Source: Obrimoposthia wandeli (taxonomy: Eukaryota). Taken from it: DNA of 64,000 bases. The number at the start of each line of letters is the position of its first letter. Within the stretch, counting starts at the first letter, position 1. Below, piece by piece: positions 14,401-27,348 of the stretch. The notes under the pieces were generated by a model that saw only the letters and a list, made by a program, of their open reading frames with translations, was not told the origin of the DNA and made no database searches. The position numbers and the translations under genes are program-made. The stretch lies in NCBI GenBank assembly GCA_977020255.1, contig CDROCS010005173.1, positions 124,001 to 188,000 on the forward strand, in the 5' to 3' direction.

Positions 14401-16375
14401 GTTCCAATATATCGAGTAGTAGAGGGTGTTACTATTAATATTGTTTTCTTATCTTTTCCATGTCTAAATTATGGGAGGTATTAGAATATTTCTAAAACAT
14501 TTATTTAGCTGTGTGACATAACCTAAATTGATATTTTAGTGTCAATATGTTGAGAAAACATGACTGTATAAAAATTGTGCCTCTGCAATCAAAACTTGAA
14601 TCAGTAAATAGCAATGAAAATACAGAGTAAATCCACTATGAAATTTGAAGTGAAAGGTCAACTTGATGATGACAGGTGACAAACATTACGGAATAAGTCC
14701 CATCTTCATCAATTTGCATCTTTATAGCTTCAATTTCCATACAGTATTAACACCTTAATGCATGGAAAAATACAATAGGAATCTTACATCTTAGAAAATA
14801 ATCAATGTTGCGTTTATATTTTAATGTCAATTAGCAATGATATGCTTGGTAAAGCTGAATTCCACCACCTACAGTAAAATGAAATTAACAACAAGCACAC
14901 ACTTGTAAGAAATGACCATTCAACACAAATGAATGACTTAAATCAAAATAAATCCATAGAAAATGTTCTGTTTGATTTCAGCATATAGGGCATAGAGCCC
15001 AAATAAATACCGTGACGGAAACTGAATATCGGCGTAGAAATTAATGAAGATAGGCGTGTTATCCGACGTTTCGGACGCATCTATGAACATGGCTAGGTTA
15101 TTGAAGTACCCTCCAGCCGTTTTTAATGCCCACAAGTGTAAAATACGCACCTTTACTTATTCCAACAACAAAATTAGTTTCTTTCTGGACCAACCTGCGC
15201 GTTTTTATATATTTGTCAATTTTTAAATAAATATGTCTAAGAGGTGCTCATACACAGCTTGAAACTTAGAAATAGTCAGATACTTTCTGTTGGAAGGCAT
15301 TTTCTGTTGGGGATGGCAGCGTCAGAGAATGGGGTAACCATCCATTTTCCACTCTTTCTTCATACTTCCATTTCTTTATAGTATTCATTATTTCCTCTTC
15401 TTTCTTTCTGTGGAATCATATTTTTCAAGGAAGAAAGGACAAAAAATATGGTTTAGCGAAATATGAAATTGAATAGTTAGTAGTTGAAATGTTTTTACAC
15501 CTGAATGGATTTTCAAAAGTTGAGTTGGTAAATTATTAAGAAGCACAAACTTAAATCGAGAAGACGTACTCATCATCAGCAGACGAAGATAATATTTCAG
15601 ATGACTTATTTGAACTGTTACAAGACTTTGAAATTGATTCTGAAGAATCTGATTTGTATTTTATTTTTGGTTTTATTTTAGTTAAATGCTATTATTTAAA
15701 TTCTTTGCTCTATACAATGTGTTAAGATATCGCTAAAGGAAAACTGATGTTATTTGACACATGAGTGAAACAATCAGAACGGATTAAACTATTTCCGAAT
15801 TGCGAAGGAGAAGCTGAAAACTTTAAGAGAAGAGGACATTAACTTGATAGAAATACAAAAATCCTCACTTTATGTTGATTTTTAAAATCATTTTCATTGT
15901 AATGATCTAATAGTTTACATGATTTTGAAAGTGTTAAGCTTAATGTAAATTGTCAGTAGATATTAAGTGAGGTTTCTGTTAGATTTATACACAAATCAAT
16001 GCAAAAACGATTCTTACAAACAGTTTGCATGTCTTACTACATTTAATTAGTCATATTATTATCTAAATGACCTTTTCCCACATGTGATTCAGAGTGTGCG
16101 AGCACTCTGACAAGAACCAGATGGTGTCTGGCAACCTGGGCCTGATCCTGGGCACGACGCTGATGCTGCCCCCGCCTCAGACGGCATCCAGTCTCCAGGA
16201 CGCTGCCAAGTCGGGAATGGCCTCGCTCGCAGGCATGCCCGACATTGCCCAAGAGACCGTCAACAGCATCGCGCTCGCACAGGTCTTCACCCAGATAATG
16301 AACGGCTTCAAGGACGGCCGTATCCAAATCCGAGCAACTGACTCTACGCCAGTCGCTGAGCGCAACACACACTGA
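2457..16375 (+). CDS. BCR/ABR: BCR/ABR-like PH-C2-RhoGAP gene, 3' part (spliced; 5' exons not resolved)
   Basis: Phase-consistent GT-AG exons: 2457-2554, 2664-2708, 6989-7249, 7692-7731, 8219-8287, 8361-8458, 9034-9141, 9904-9975, 11849-11958, 12807-12973, 13335-13469, 13527-13632, 16093-16375 (TGA). The translation follows BCR order: coiled coil/PH tail (ELLLLSPNFVFVLSNGKE..LLVSS..DIETW), C2 (YYLALEVDSFK..KARTK...VWNE, SFDIELD), linker (LKREPSIKKTGLFGI), RhoGAP (EEGIYRISG with arginine finger, KTYLRELPEPL, NQMVSGNLGLILGTTL). Further 5' exons probably lie in 2075-2341, with boundaries uncertain. Confidence 0.88.
3727..3908. mobile_element. 182-bp miniature TIR-only derivative of the Polinton family with 6-bp TSD GTTTTA
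   Basis: Starts AGTAGGTGGATGTGTCCGGTCTAATCC and ends GGATTAGACAGGACACATCCACCTACT. Arms of 79 and 78 bp are inverted around one extra 25-bp repeat unit. GTTTTA flanks both sides (3721-3726, 3909-3914). The termini match the Polinton ends at 41326, 52471 and 58913. Confidence 0.93.
8722..8985. repeat. 15-bp minisatellite (GTAGACACAATGTAT variants) in a host intron
   Basis: Tandem units seen directly; they account for the repetitive ORFs at 8716-9037. Confidence 0.9.
10555..11234 (+). mobile_element. Decayed Tc1/mariner (Tc3-like) transposase remnant in a host intron
   Basis: HTH-like TIVHELRLVRSTIYKRI; SDE...DGPD at ~10960-10996 (Tc3 SDEKKFNLDGPD); SSDFNLTENILAILK resembles SPDLNPIENLWGILK. 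Broken by stops and frameshifts. Confidence 0.6.
12807..16375 (+). CDS. RhoGAP-domain exons of the BCR/ABR-like gene
   Basis: Exons 12807-12973, 13335-13469, 13527-13632 and 16093-16375 contain GIYRISG, DLHAITGLVKTYLRELPEPL, LPEPNQSTFLFVLEHFKR and NQM..NLG.I.GTTL motifs. Confidence 0.93.
13040..13325. repeat. CT-rich low-complexity intronic repeat (CTCA/CTCT)
   Basis: Lies between RhoGAP exons 12973 and 13335 and produces spurious S/L/H-rich ORFs. Confidence 0.85.
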
Positions 16376-16555
16376 CATACACATGCCGCTACCACCAATA
16401 CCACGCTTTCTATTTTGTACCCGTTGTCTTCTTGCTTGTCCACCCCTCCTCCGCTCCCTGACCCACACTAGTTGTGCAACGGGAAAGACGACTGTACATC
16501 AAATTTCTCCCGAGTACACATGATATTTTAAAGTCAAGGTCATTTGAAGGTCATT

Positions 16556-16795
16556 ATCTACTACAATACGTATATTTTCAGCTATTTTTTGTTTAAATGT
16601 ATCAATTTTGGTGGGCGCGTATTCAAAATTTAGGTGATTTAGGGTGATTTCAGTCGATTTCTGAGGTAATTCTAATTTATCTACTACAATACGTATATTT
16701 TCAGCTAATTTTTGTTTAAACGTATCAATTTTGGTGGGCGCGTATTCAAAATTTGGGTGATTTCAGTCGATTTCTGAGGTAATTCTAATTTATGG
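16556..16795. repeat. ~120-bp direct tandem duplication
   Basis: TATCTACTACAATACGTATATTTTCAGCTA...GAGGTAATTCTAATTTAT occurs twice in tandem. Confidence 0.8.
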
Positions 16796-16950
16796 TTATA
16801 AGTTTTTTCATTACATAGGTCCTTAAAAGTCAAGGTTTAAAAAAGTTATTTTTTTGATACATCAATTTTGATGCACGCAAATTCAAGACTTTTGCTTGCA
16901 AAAACATATTGTCTGAGAAATTTTTGTAAATGTATTTAAAGAAATTTCAA

Positions 16951-17130
16951 CTACTTTTATTTGTGAGTAGAAAAGGTGTTATAAATTGTTAAACTGGATT
17001 TTTTTTAAACATATTTTGTGTAATTGTATCTACTTTTATTTGTGAGTAGAAAAGGTTTTATAAATTGTTAAACTGGATTTTTTAAACATATTTTGTGTAA
17101 TTGTATCTACTTTTATTTGTGAGTAGAAAA
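16951..17130. repeat. 77-79-bp tandem repeat, ~2.3 copies
   Basis: CTACTTTTATTTGTGAGTAGAAAA starts at 16951, 17030 and 17107. Confidence 0.8.
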
Positions 17131-17296
17131 AATTTATTGAAATCTTAGGGTATTTATTACACATAACTTGCAAAAGTACCTTTTTTCAAAAAGTTACATA
17201 ATATAATTGAATTTAACTTAAAACTACGGTCAATAAGATGAAGTTTCAAACTATGAACAATTAAAAGAGATTTGTAAAAATATGGTTAATTAGAAG

Positions 17297-20200
17297 AGTT
17301 TATATGAGGCATATGTTGATAAGCACTATCGATGATAACAATCCAATTGATGAGTCATCATTATCTATGATATTACTAATAAAATTGTGAAAAGGTATTC
17401 ATATATGATATTGTAAGAAACATGTGTTAATTAAAACAAATATTGGGAGATAAAGAAAGATAGTAAAGAATAAAACAAATATTATTATTAAATATATCTT
17501 GATTATCCTACATCCTCATCATAATCCCATCATATGATCTTCATCATCTCTTCATAATATCATTATCATTATTCCAATCTTTCATCCTTCATCTCATCAA
17601 TACAATCCTTCATCCTCATCTTTTCTTCATCATAATCCAGCATCTAATCTTCTTTATCGCAATATTTCATCATTCATATCATCAATACAAACCTTCGTCG
17701 CAATCGTTTATCTTGTCTTTCTTATAATCCAGCATCTAATCTTCATTATCGCAATCCTTCTTCTTCATAATCCTCTTCTAAAAATTTTACAAAATAATTA
17801 TTACAAACTTACCTGGAATCTTAAATCAATTCATTAGTTATCTAAAATTACTCACCATATTGTACTTTTCGAATTTTATTTTTGGTTATTTTAAAAATTT
17901 AATTATTTAAAACAAAATCAATTATTTTTAAATGAAAATTAATTATATATTTAAATTGGATATTTTTATTAGTTACTTAAATTACTGATATAAATAATAT
18001 AAGTGGAAATATTTATTTAATTATTAATTATAATAGTCAAATCATTTTAAAATAAACAGAGAAATATACTGTGTATATTGGAATAATTTATATATTATTT
18101 CTATCTATAAGTATATTAAATCGAATTATTTAATATTTTAACATATCAAAACATGGATAGTTTTGATGAAGTAGATAATTTTATATATAAACAAATACAA
18201 CGTAGAATATTTTTAAATAACTGCAACGTAGTTTAATTCAACTAATAAAAATTGATATATAAGTAAAGCTAAAAATCATTATAGATAATTGGCTATATAT
18301 TTTTCTCTACAACATTCTTCCCTTTATAAACGCAGCATTATGTATGTTATTTAAAAAACATCCATCGTTATGTCTACTTTGATGAATGAGGTACCGTTAT
18401 TTACTATGTTTAACCCTTATAAATTATTATCAGTTTAAATATGATGTTTCGTGTTTGATATTGGTCTGCTTTCTTGGATTCTACGCTATTCTCTCACAAA
18501 TTATCTCCTTAAACCCTACGTTATATTTCTCCTCTTAATCCACATAACCTCCACGTTATTTTCTCTCTTCTTAGCCGCCCAGCTATTATCCTCTTAACCT
18601 CCAAGTTATTTTCCTCTTCTTAAACCTCTTAACTAGCACGAGATTATCCTCTAATCATCTAAATAGTAATATGAAAATGTCGTTCAAATTCCTTAGTCCC
18701 CTCTTTATGCGGAATTATCTTCTTTGTATTGGGTTTGTAAAAACCAAATTGTTCTATGAAATCTATTCTGGCCTACATTTGAAGCTATCCAAGGCACTTC
18801 TTAGGATAATGACTTAAAAGTAACTTCCAATGGGACCCTCTTAGAACTCTCTAAATATATCAAATTGGATGAATATATCATTAATTTCTCCTCTAGAACA
18901 ACCTAAATATCATGAATTTTCAGAACACCATGTTAATTTCTTTTTTAGAATCACTAAAATATCATAGATATTTCTTATCGAAGCACTTAAATATCATTGA
19001 TTTTTCGAAGATATCACAAAGTTCTCTTCTAGAATCACTTGCAAACAAAATGATCAAATCAGGCTTCTTTGGATAAAAAAGTAATTTAGAAGTCTTCCAA
19101 TATTCTATTCTAAGTTTCTCAGGTTTATAATGTAATTCATTCAGAATACTTTCATCTACTTCCATCTAATTGATTAATTACCCCAGGAAAATCTCTAACC
19201 AGTGAAAATTGAGATTGTCATAATAGAATCTCCCTCAGAGTTAGAAGTGTTGACTGACAAATATCATTATCCCGCGAATACCTTCTTCAAGCCGCATGCC
19301 GGGAACAGTTACATATGTTCAGCTTAATTTAAATTGTAAAATTGTAAAATAATTTTATTAAATACAAAAAATTACCAGGGCGCCAACAATTATGAGAGTT
19401 CTCAAATCAAAATTTCAATATTTTTAAAAACGTTAACATATTTATGAATAAAAATAACAAAAATAAAAAGATAAAAATAATGACTTGTCGAATTTTTTGT
19501 AAGAGGAGGCCAGTCACGATGTCCAGTAAAATTTTATTCTGTCTATCTCCCAAAATCCAGGGTTTTTATATCCTCATAATCTTCATGTAGAGCCCAGGTC
19601 GTCCTGTCGGGGCTTTTGAATTAATCTAAATGGGGTTTGATCATTTAAATAATTTGCCCATTTAGGTTCCATCGGGTAACCCGTTAGTAGGTGTGTTTGC
19701 CTGTTAGTATTGTAAAGTTTTATGTACTTTCTTATACTATAGGACTTTTTTACCTACAGGTGGGATTTTGATGAACCGTACATTTTCCAAATGGAAATAA
19801 TTTATGCTTTAAAATGATGTTTTATTCATTTATTTGCGACTTTTAGATATCTAGTAATTCTTCTTTAAAGTTTAATTAATTAACGTTTTAATTAACAAAA
19901 ATCACATTTTTGTGGATCTTTTTAATACGAAAGTTGAAAAACTTTCGAACATACATGAAATAAATCGACATTTCATTACTAATTTATGTGTAGTTCAGAT
20001 TTTGATCTAAGGTCTTTCTTTAAAATGTTATTCGTAAAAAGGTGAATTTTACACAAAATTAATTAATATTTTAAAACTATTATTCTCTATTGTGGGTCAC
20101 TATATAACATTTAAATAAGTATTTTTGTATAAACTTTATTCAAAACTTAAGCAATTGTTATTTGTTTGCTTAAAATATTTTAAGGATAGTAATTTAAATA

Positions 20201-23200
20201 TTTGCTATTTTTAACGTTCTTTTAAATTTAACTCTAAAACACATAGTATATTTAGATTTCGGTCTTTTAGCTGTATGGATAAGAAACAACGCTCAAACCT
20301 ATGTAAAATTATAATATCTTACCTGGAATAGAGAAGATATTGATAGGTTATGTCATCTTGTTGTAAACACGTGCACAAGTGTGTCCAATAAAGCAGCATA
20401 AAAAGATTCACTCTCATACTTTCTGCGCCATATTGATTACATTTGATCATCCCATTGATCGGAGTCTCTGATACTGTCATATGGAAATATCACTTAGATG
20501 AGGTTGATGAATTTGTCAAACTAGATTACTAAACTGAAGTGAATCAATGTGCACTGTTCCCTAAATGTCCCCTATCAACTGAAAAATCTTAAGCAATGCT
20601 CACAAATATCACTAAATCTCATATAATTTATCCTTTAGAATCACCTAGATATCGTAAATTTCCTAAACATATCAATTATTTCTTGAATATATCATTAATT
20701 TATCTTCTAGAATCACCTAAATATATTAGATTTTCTGAGCATATCATTAATGTCCACTCTAGAACTACCTAAATATCATAACTTTCCTTCATATATTGAT
20801 ATAAATCTATCAATAAATCACTTTAGGAGCTGTTTAGCCATTTTCCAATAATTCGCAATAATTTCTAACTCATCAATTTCAGAGATTACTTATTTAGCAG
20901 ACGTTAGATATAACTTCAGTAGGGAACGAATTTATATAAAATTTATCAAATAATCAACGGTCTTAGATCAATTTCAGAGATATATTATAAATCGATTTTC
21001 AAGTATGAGGAAACTGATATTTCAAAAATTACCCTAGCAGGTAAACCGCTAAAACTCTATCCGAAAATACTCTGATTATCTTTACCTAAATTACTGCGAT
21101 TTATTAGTGGAAGTTTCAAAGCAAGTTACAGCTAAATTATTGATTCGAATCATGTATTCCATCTTTCGAATAGAAATATTGATAAAGATAGGCATTTGGG
21201 TAATGTCATCTTAGAATATCACAAATCTCATATAACAAAATCACTAAATAACACATAATTTATTTTCTAAGAAGAGAAAAATAATATGGGGTTAAGAAGA
21301 GGATAATTTCATTGTGGTTGAGAGAAAAAATAACGTGATGGTTGAGAGGATTAAGTAGATAAAAATTAGCTAATCATATATGCTTAAACCTTAAATATCA
21401 CAGATTTCCTGAAAACCTTGTTAATTTCTGTTTCCCATATTTTCTAAATATCATACATCTCCTGAAATAACTTCTTAACCACCTACATATTGTAAATTTC
21501 TCTTCTAGAAGCATCTAGGTAATATTTTCCCTAGACCAAAAATTTGTCTTCTATGTCATTTTCCATTATAAAATATTTTTAAATTGATAATATCTTTGCT
21601 TAAATTTGCTTCTAAAACCCTCTAATTTCATCTTCTGAAACATCTAAAACACCAAGGTTAAATCCCCCTCTGAACCCCTTTGCAGGTTATATTTTATCTT
21701 CTGAAATATCTTGAATATCCCTGTTAATTCCCTCTCTGGGTCCCTTTCTATATTTTCTCTTCAGAAACCTTTTAAACACCGTTAAATCCTCCTGTAAACC
21801 CATTTTAAGGTTATATTTTCTCTCTAAAATCAACATCCTCTCCTTAACCCCTTTTAGACTATATTTTATCTTCTGAAATCTCTTAAAACCCTGGTTAAAT
21901 CTTCTAAAAGTAATATTTACTCTAAAAACTTCGTTAATTTCTTCTAAAGACTTATGCTTCAAATTATATTTTAGAATCACCTAAATATCATAAATTACCT
22001 GCACATCTAGTTAATTTGTTTTTCAAACCATCTAATATCACAAATCCTATATACATTTCATTAATTCATTATCTATACATATCCCTATTCTAAATCAGCT
22101 AATATAATAAACCTCATACATACATATTAATTTCTTCGAAAACTTTCTTAATAATCGTTAATATTTCCTCTAAACCATATTAATATCACAAAATCACAAA
22201 ATATCACATCTCGGGGAATTATCTTCTATAAACACCTCGTTAATCCCCCCCTCTGAACATATATGAATCAATTTCATTTATAAATTCTTATTGGATACAT
22301 ACCGAATTTGAATAAAATGCTATATTAAAATAAGATTGACTTAGAAGCTCTGCGGATTTAAAGCTGCTAATTGATTATGGTTAAGTTTATATAATATTGA
22401 TAAATTAAATGAAAAATATCTATTTCATCAAAATAATGCATGTTTTGATATGTTAAAATATTTAATTATTCGATTTAAAATACTTATAGATAGAAATAAA
22501 AAATAAATTATTCTAATATACGCAATATATTTCTCTGTATATTTTAAAAGTTATTGACTATTATAATTAATAATCAAACAAAAATTTATATAAGAAATTA
22601 TAGTAATTTAAAAATAATATAAAATTGATTTTGTTTTAAATAATTAATTTTTAAAATAAACGAGTATAAAATTCGAAAAATACAATATAGTGAGTAATTT
22701 TAGATCACTAGTGAATTGATTTCAGATTCCAGGTAAGTTTGTATTAATTATTTTTAGATGAGGATGATGAAGAAGATGAAGGATTGCAATAATGAAGATT
22801 ATATGCTGGATTATGATGAAGACAAGCTGAGGATGAATGATTGCATTGATGAGATGAAGGATTGTGAAAATGAAGATAAGTTGCTAGATTGTGATGAAGA
22901 CAAAATGAGAATGAATGATTTTGAGGAAGGATTGCGATAATGATATTATAAAGACATAATGTTTATGAAGAGATGATGTAGATCAGATGATGGATTATGA
23001 TGAGGATGAAGGATCATGAAGGTATATTTAATAATAATATTTGTTTTATTCTTTACTATCCCTCAATATCAATTTTAATTAACTCATGTTTCTTACAATA
23101 TCATGTAAGAATACATTTTCAAACTTTTATTAGTAATATCATAGATAGTGTGAACTCTTCAATTGAATTATTATCATTGATGGTGCTAATCAACATATGC

Positions 23201-23215
23201 CTCACATAAACTCTT
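17297..23215. mobile_element. Foldback-like structure: long diverged inverted arms enclosing degenerate repeats
   Basis: ~17297-18185 is the reverse complement of ~22405-23215 (e.g. ACAAACTTACCTGGAATC vs GATTCCAGGTAAGTTTGT; AAGAGTTTATATGAGGCATATGTTGAT vs ATCAACATATGCCTCACATAAACTCTT). The interior carries dispersed TAGAATCACCTAAATATC-type repeats. No TSD or transposase seen. Confidence 0.6.
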
Positions 23216-24175
23216 GGTATTTATACTTATTTTGATTAAGTTAAGTAAATTATATACTACTTATTTTGATGAGTATTTAAATTAAATGTATTTCTTATCA
23301 GTAGACAGTTGGCTACTTTTAGTAGTAAGTAGCTAAAGTTTTAAAAAAAATTATTATATATAACGTTATAAGACCACACCCAAAACTCTAACTAAAGCGC
23401 TAGAGTCCTAATGAGGACTTGTTTGGGCATGTATGCGAAGGACTCACTACCAGTCTTTATATGGCAGTATGAGTGGTTGGCCATTTGAAGACAAACTAAT
23501 GAAGCCCGGATCTCTTCTACTTCAAGATAATCCCGGAGCATCAATCATTCTCCAAGATATCCATTCTCTGCTAGAGAGTACTTCTCGCTGTTCAGGAACT
23601 CGTTCAATAACTTTTCTATCTTGTATTCCATTTAATCAACAATGAAATGAAACTAAAAAAATCTCTTATATACTCTTTATGACGAATTAATTTCATTGAT
23701 TGGTTAAAACAAATGATCTTTTTAAAAAACAATGTATAATATTATAAAATTCATCTAAAAATAAAATACACGTTGTAAATAATAACCTAGATACATTGAC
23801 ATGATTAAAATTATATTATGCATTATTATTTAGATAGATCACATTTGATTGAATATTGTATTATGAAATTGATGTATTTAAACATAATGTCTGTATGATG
23901 AAAGTTTCCTTTGGATATTATTATAAAACACTAAGATTAAATTTTGATAAAAATTTTGTGTTTTTTAAAAATTTAAAGTTTGTGAAATTTATAAGTTTTT
24001 GAAAATGTAATGTTTTTTAAATTTTTAAGTTTTTAAAAGTTTTTGAAAATTTAAACAAAAATATTTTTACAAAAATTTGCCAAAAATAATTTGTGGAAAA
24101 TTTGAATTGGGCACACACAAATATTGATGCATTTAAACAAAAGAATGACCTGGACCTTGTACTCTGGATAAATTA

Positions 24176-24251
24176 GTTGCCATGGAGACGCACCCATGAC
24201 GACATTGTACGTTAGTTGCCATGGCTACGCACGTGATGTTTCCGTGGCAGC
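24176..24251. promoter_or_regulatory. Cluster of three RFX X-box-like motifs plus an E-box
   Basis: GTTGCCATGGAGAC (24176), GTTGCCATGGCTAC (24215), CACGTG (24230) and GTTTCCGTGGCAGC (24238), in a locally GC-rich island. Confidence 0.45.
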
Positions 24252-26159
24252 TGCCTACGTGCTCGGGAGAATCTTTCCCTTTGGGGAGACCTATTGCTTC
24301 TAGTCACAGTCACCACTTTCCCCTACTCCCACTGATTCGCTACTAGCCAGGAATCTGCTCTATCGAGTGACATTTATATCATGCAGGGTGGTCATAACAT
24401 TAACAAAAGATGGCCAAGTTAAATAAACTGAAACATAAAATTTTAAAATTAGCTTTTTGTTTTATTGTATTAACTTTGATTACATTATTTTCATTTTTAA
24501 CCAAAATAAATAATTGATATTTATCATCATAAATTAAATAAAAATTGTTCTAAAATAAATTGAAATGTTGGAATTTAATTAAGTCTAAAACTGAGTTGAC
24601 TACATTAGAATCTAGGAATTGTAGAATTTTGTATCGATGCTAAACGAACAAGTACAGGATTGAACGAGCAGTAGTCATCGCACACAAACAAGTTATAAAC
24701 AAATAAATGAATTGAGAAGAAATTATAAAAGCGAATAAACTGAGAAAACGAGCTAAAAATACTCTGTAGATGATTGGAAGCGAGATCGAATTCAACTGAC
24801 ACTACAGTGAGGTCAAGTTGAAAAACGACAAACTCCGTTGTCTCGATGGAATAAGGATAGAAAGACACACAATCAATTTAAAATCACACACTAAATTTAA
24901 TTATATTTTATTCAAGACATTTATTATTGTATGAAACTCAAAACCAGGCAAGGTCCATGCTGTAAATTACCAGCTCTTCGTCTGTATTATTATTCGTCCT
25001 CGACAAGGTGATCAGGGTTGATTCCGGAAAATTGCAGTTGCATAATTGAAGTGTGGAAAGGGCAAGAATTTTTATTTTTATTTGTGATGACGTTTTTGAA
25101 ATCATTCTTCAACCGATCTTCATTTTCTGTAATTGTGTTAAATAAAAATAAACGTTTTGGAATGTCAGATGTTGAATACTTTTGAAACGCAAATAAGTTC
25201 GACCGAGTTTCCAGACTGATCAATTCTTATTTAACCTTCATATTTAAGATATGAATCAGGGTAGGCTGTCTAGTACTAAAGAGTTAGAGGTGTAACAATA
25301 CCATGAGCACAACGTTAATTGTGTTAACTTTGGTAAGAAGAGTCTTAACCACTCCGTTGCAATATAAGTAACAATAAATTTTGAACTTCTCACTTTCTCC
25401 GGTAGCTACATTAACACTCAATTTATAGAACGAATTAAAAACCTCGTCAAGAAGGTAGCAGAAGTCTGAGTTACATCCATATTTGACAAAGAGTATTTCT
25501 AAGTGCGTGTCAAATATTTATTTAATTCCCTCATTTCAAACTACCATTTGTATTGGCCGAAGTTTATAAGAGACTGAGAGAGGCTCGATGATTTGAAATG
25601 TTATCGGTATTTTTAAGGATGTTTATAGAAAACAATGTTTGAGTGATTTCGTAATTTATTTATTTGTAAGGGAAATATGAATATGTTGAAGAAGCCGCAG
25701 AAGCCCTATGTGGTCTACACTTATTTGGAAATGAAAATATTTTTATATATAATGCTTGGTAATGCTAGTCTAAAGAGATAAATTGCAAGATGTGGAATAC
25801 ACAGACAAAAAAATATAGTTGTTACAATAATGCATAATTTATAGTCACGAGTTAATACGGTCAATAAAATGAATAAACATAAGATAAATAAAATAATTTA
25901 TTATACGTTCAGTAAAAAAAAACTGAGTAGTAACAAAAGTCTTCAATACAATCAAAGTCAAACTATAATCCTACTAGTGATTCTAATTGTGCTGAGTTTT
26001 CAAAGGATATTGCCATTACTCTGATCGCGATTCTTTATTAAAAAATGCGAAATTCACTAAATGTATGAATCTCTAAGCACTTCTTTGTTTCACGATTTTT
26101 GTTCATCTCAAGTACTACTTTTCTAAAGCATTTTTCTTTACTTATGTTGGGGTTTCTAT

Positions 26160-26988
26160 ATGGAACTGTGTTCTAATATAGATCCTCTGACTGTGGAGGG
26201 CCCCAACGTGAGTTCTATATCTTCCGTATAAGATTATTGAGGTAATTTTTTGTTATTTTAAATATTTTTTTAATTAAATAAATTTTATTTTTGTTTTCAT
26301 TTGCAGGAACCTGTCCGGATAATTGAGGAGACTTGGGAAGAAGTTACTCCTTTCCCTAAAGGTGAAGAAGACGAGGCGCGCGAGAAAAATTCGGACCTCA
26401 ATTGGCCATTATTCTGAGGCGGTGATTGGCCAGCAGGAGATTCTCCCTCCTCCAATGGACGACGGGCCTATCCTATATGAGAGGATCCCAGTCTCACCAA
26501 TCGAGATAAGTCCGCCCTCGAGTCAACAACGCCTGCAGGAGACTGCTTCTCCTCGTCCAACAACCAGCCAAAACTTGAAGAGGGCATGGGATGACGCTGG
26601 TTTGGACGAATTCCTGGCGGAACTGGATACACCGGCAATGCTTCCAGATTCGCGTGGGCAACAGGATGCCGTCTCACGCCAGCTTCAGCGTGAGAAGGAG
26701 GAGAAACAGAAGAAAGCTCCGCGGAAGAGGAAGGCTACTGCTTCTATGTCGGGGCCATCAACATCGGCTGCACCTCCTCCCAAAAAGTTGCGGCAACTAT
26801 TGCCAAAACCCGAGGGAAGGACAACTGCTGTACAGTAACCGGTGAAGCCGAAAAAGAAACCGGGCCGACCAAAGAAGAAGGAACCAGTACCACTTTCTCC
26901 TATCAAAATAAGTCAGAGGGAATACGACCCGGATGATCCCAATGATGACTTCGTAAAAATGTTCAAAAATATAATTTATAAACATTAG
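26160..26988 (+). pseudogene. Putative spliced Polinton accessory gene: Pro-rich/acidic protein with NLS and AT-hook (disrupted)
   Basis: Possible exon 26160-26207 (donor GTGAGT) and acceptor at 26306. ORF 26323-26838 continues in frame past a TAA into KKKPGRPKKK and ends TAG at 26988. One frameshift is needed near 26410. Confidence 0.5.
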
Positions 26989-27348
26989 TTTCTTGTGTTG
27001 TCTTTTTATTATTATTTATTTTAGAATTTAGTAATATTAAAATATACTACTTAAGTTTATTAAAGTTAGAAGATTAAAAATAAAGTTTAGAATTTATTAA
27101 TATTAAAATATCCTCCTTAAGTTTATTAAAATAACAAGATTAAAAATAAAGTTAACTTGTTCGAATGTGATTGGATTGTTAAGGAATAATTAAATTTTTT
27201 GAGGATTAAATATAAATGCAATGATTAGTTATATATTTATTAAACTTTCATTTGATAAATATATTTTAATTGCTTGTGATTGGATTAAAAATATCTTAAA
27301 TTTATATATATAGGTTCAAATTTATTAACATCTTCCTAATTAAAAAAA

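Noticed and set aside
19680-19700. AGTAGGTG preceded by CCCGTT as a possible left TIR of Polinton copy 1 (right flank GACGTT)
   Set aside because: Only 8 bp match the terminus, the following sequence is unrelated, the TSD match is 4/6, and it lies inside the foldback structure.
22758-22940. Met/Asp-rich ORF as a real protein
   Set aside because: Low-complexity GAT/GAA repeat within the inverted arm; the mirror copy at 17520-17780 has stops.
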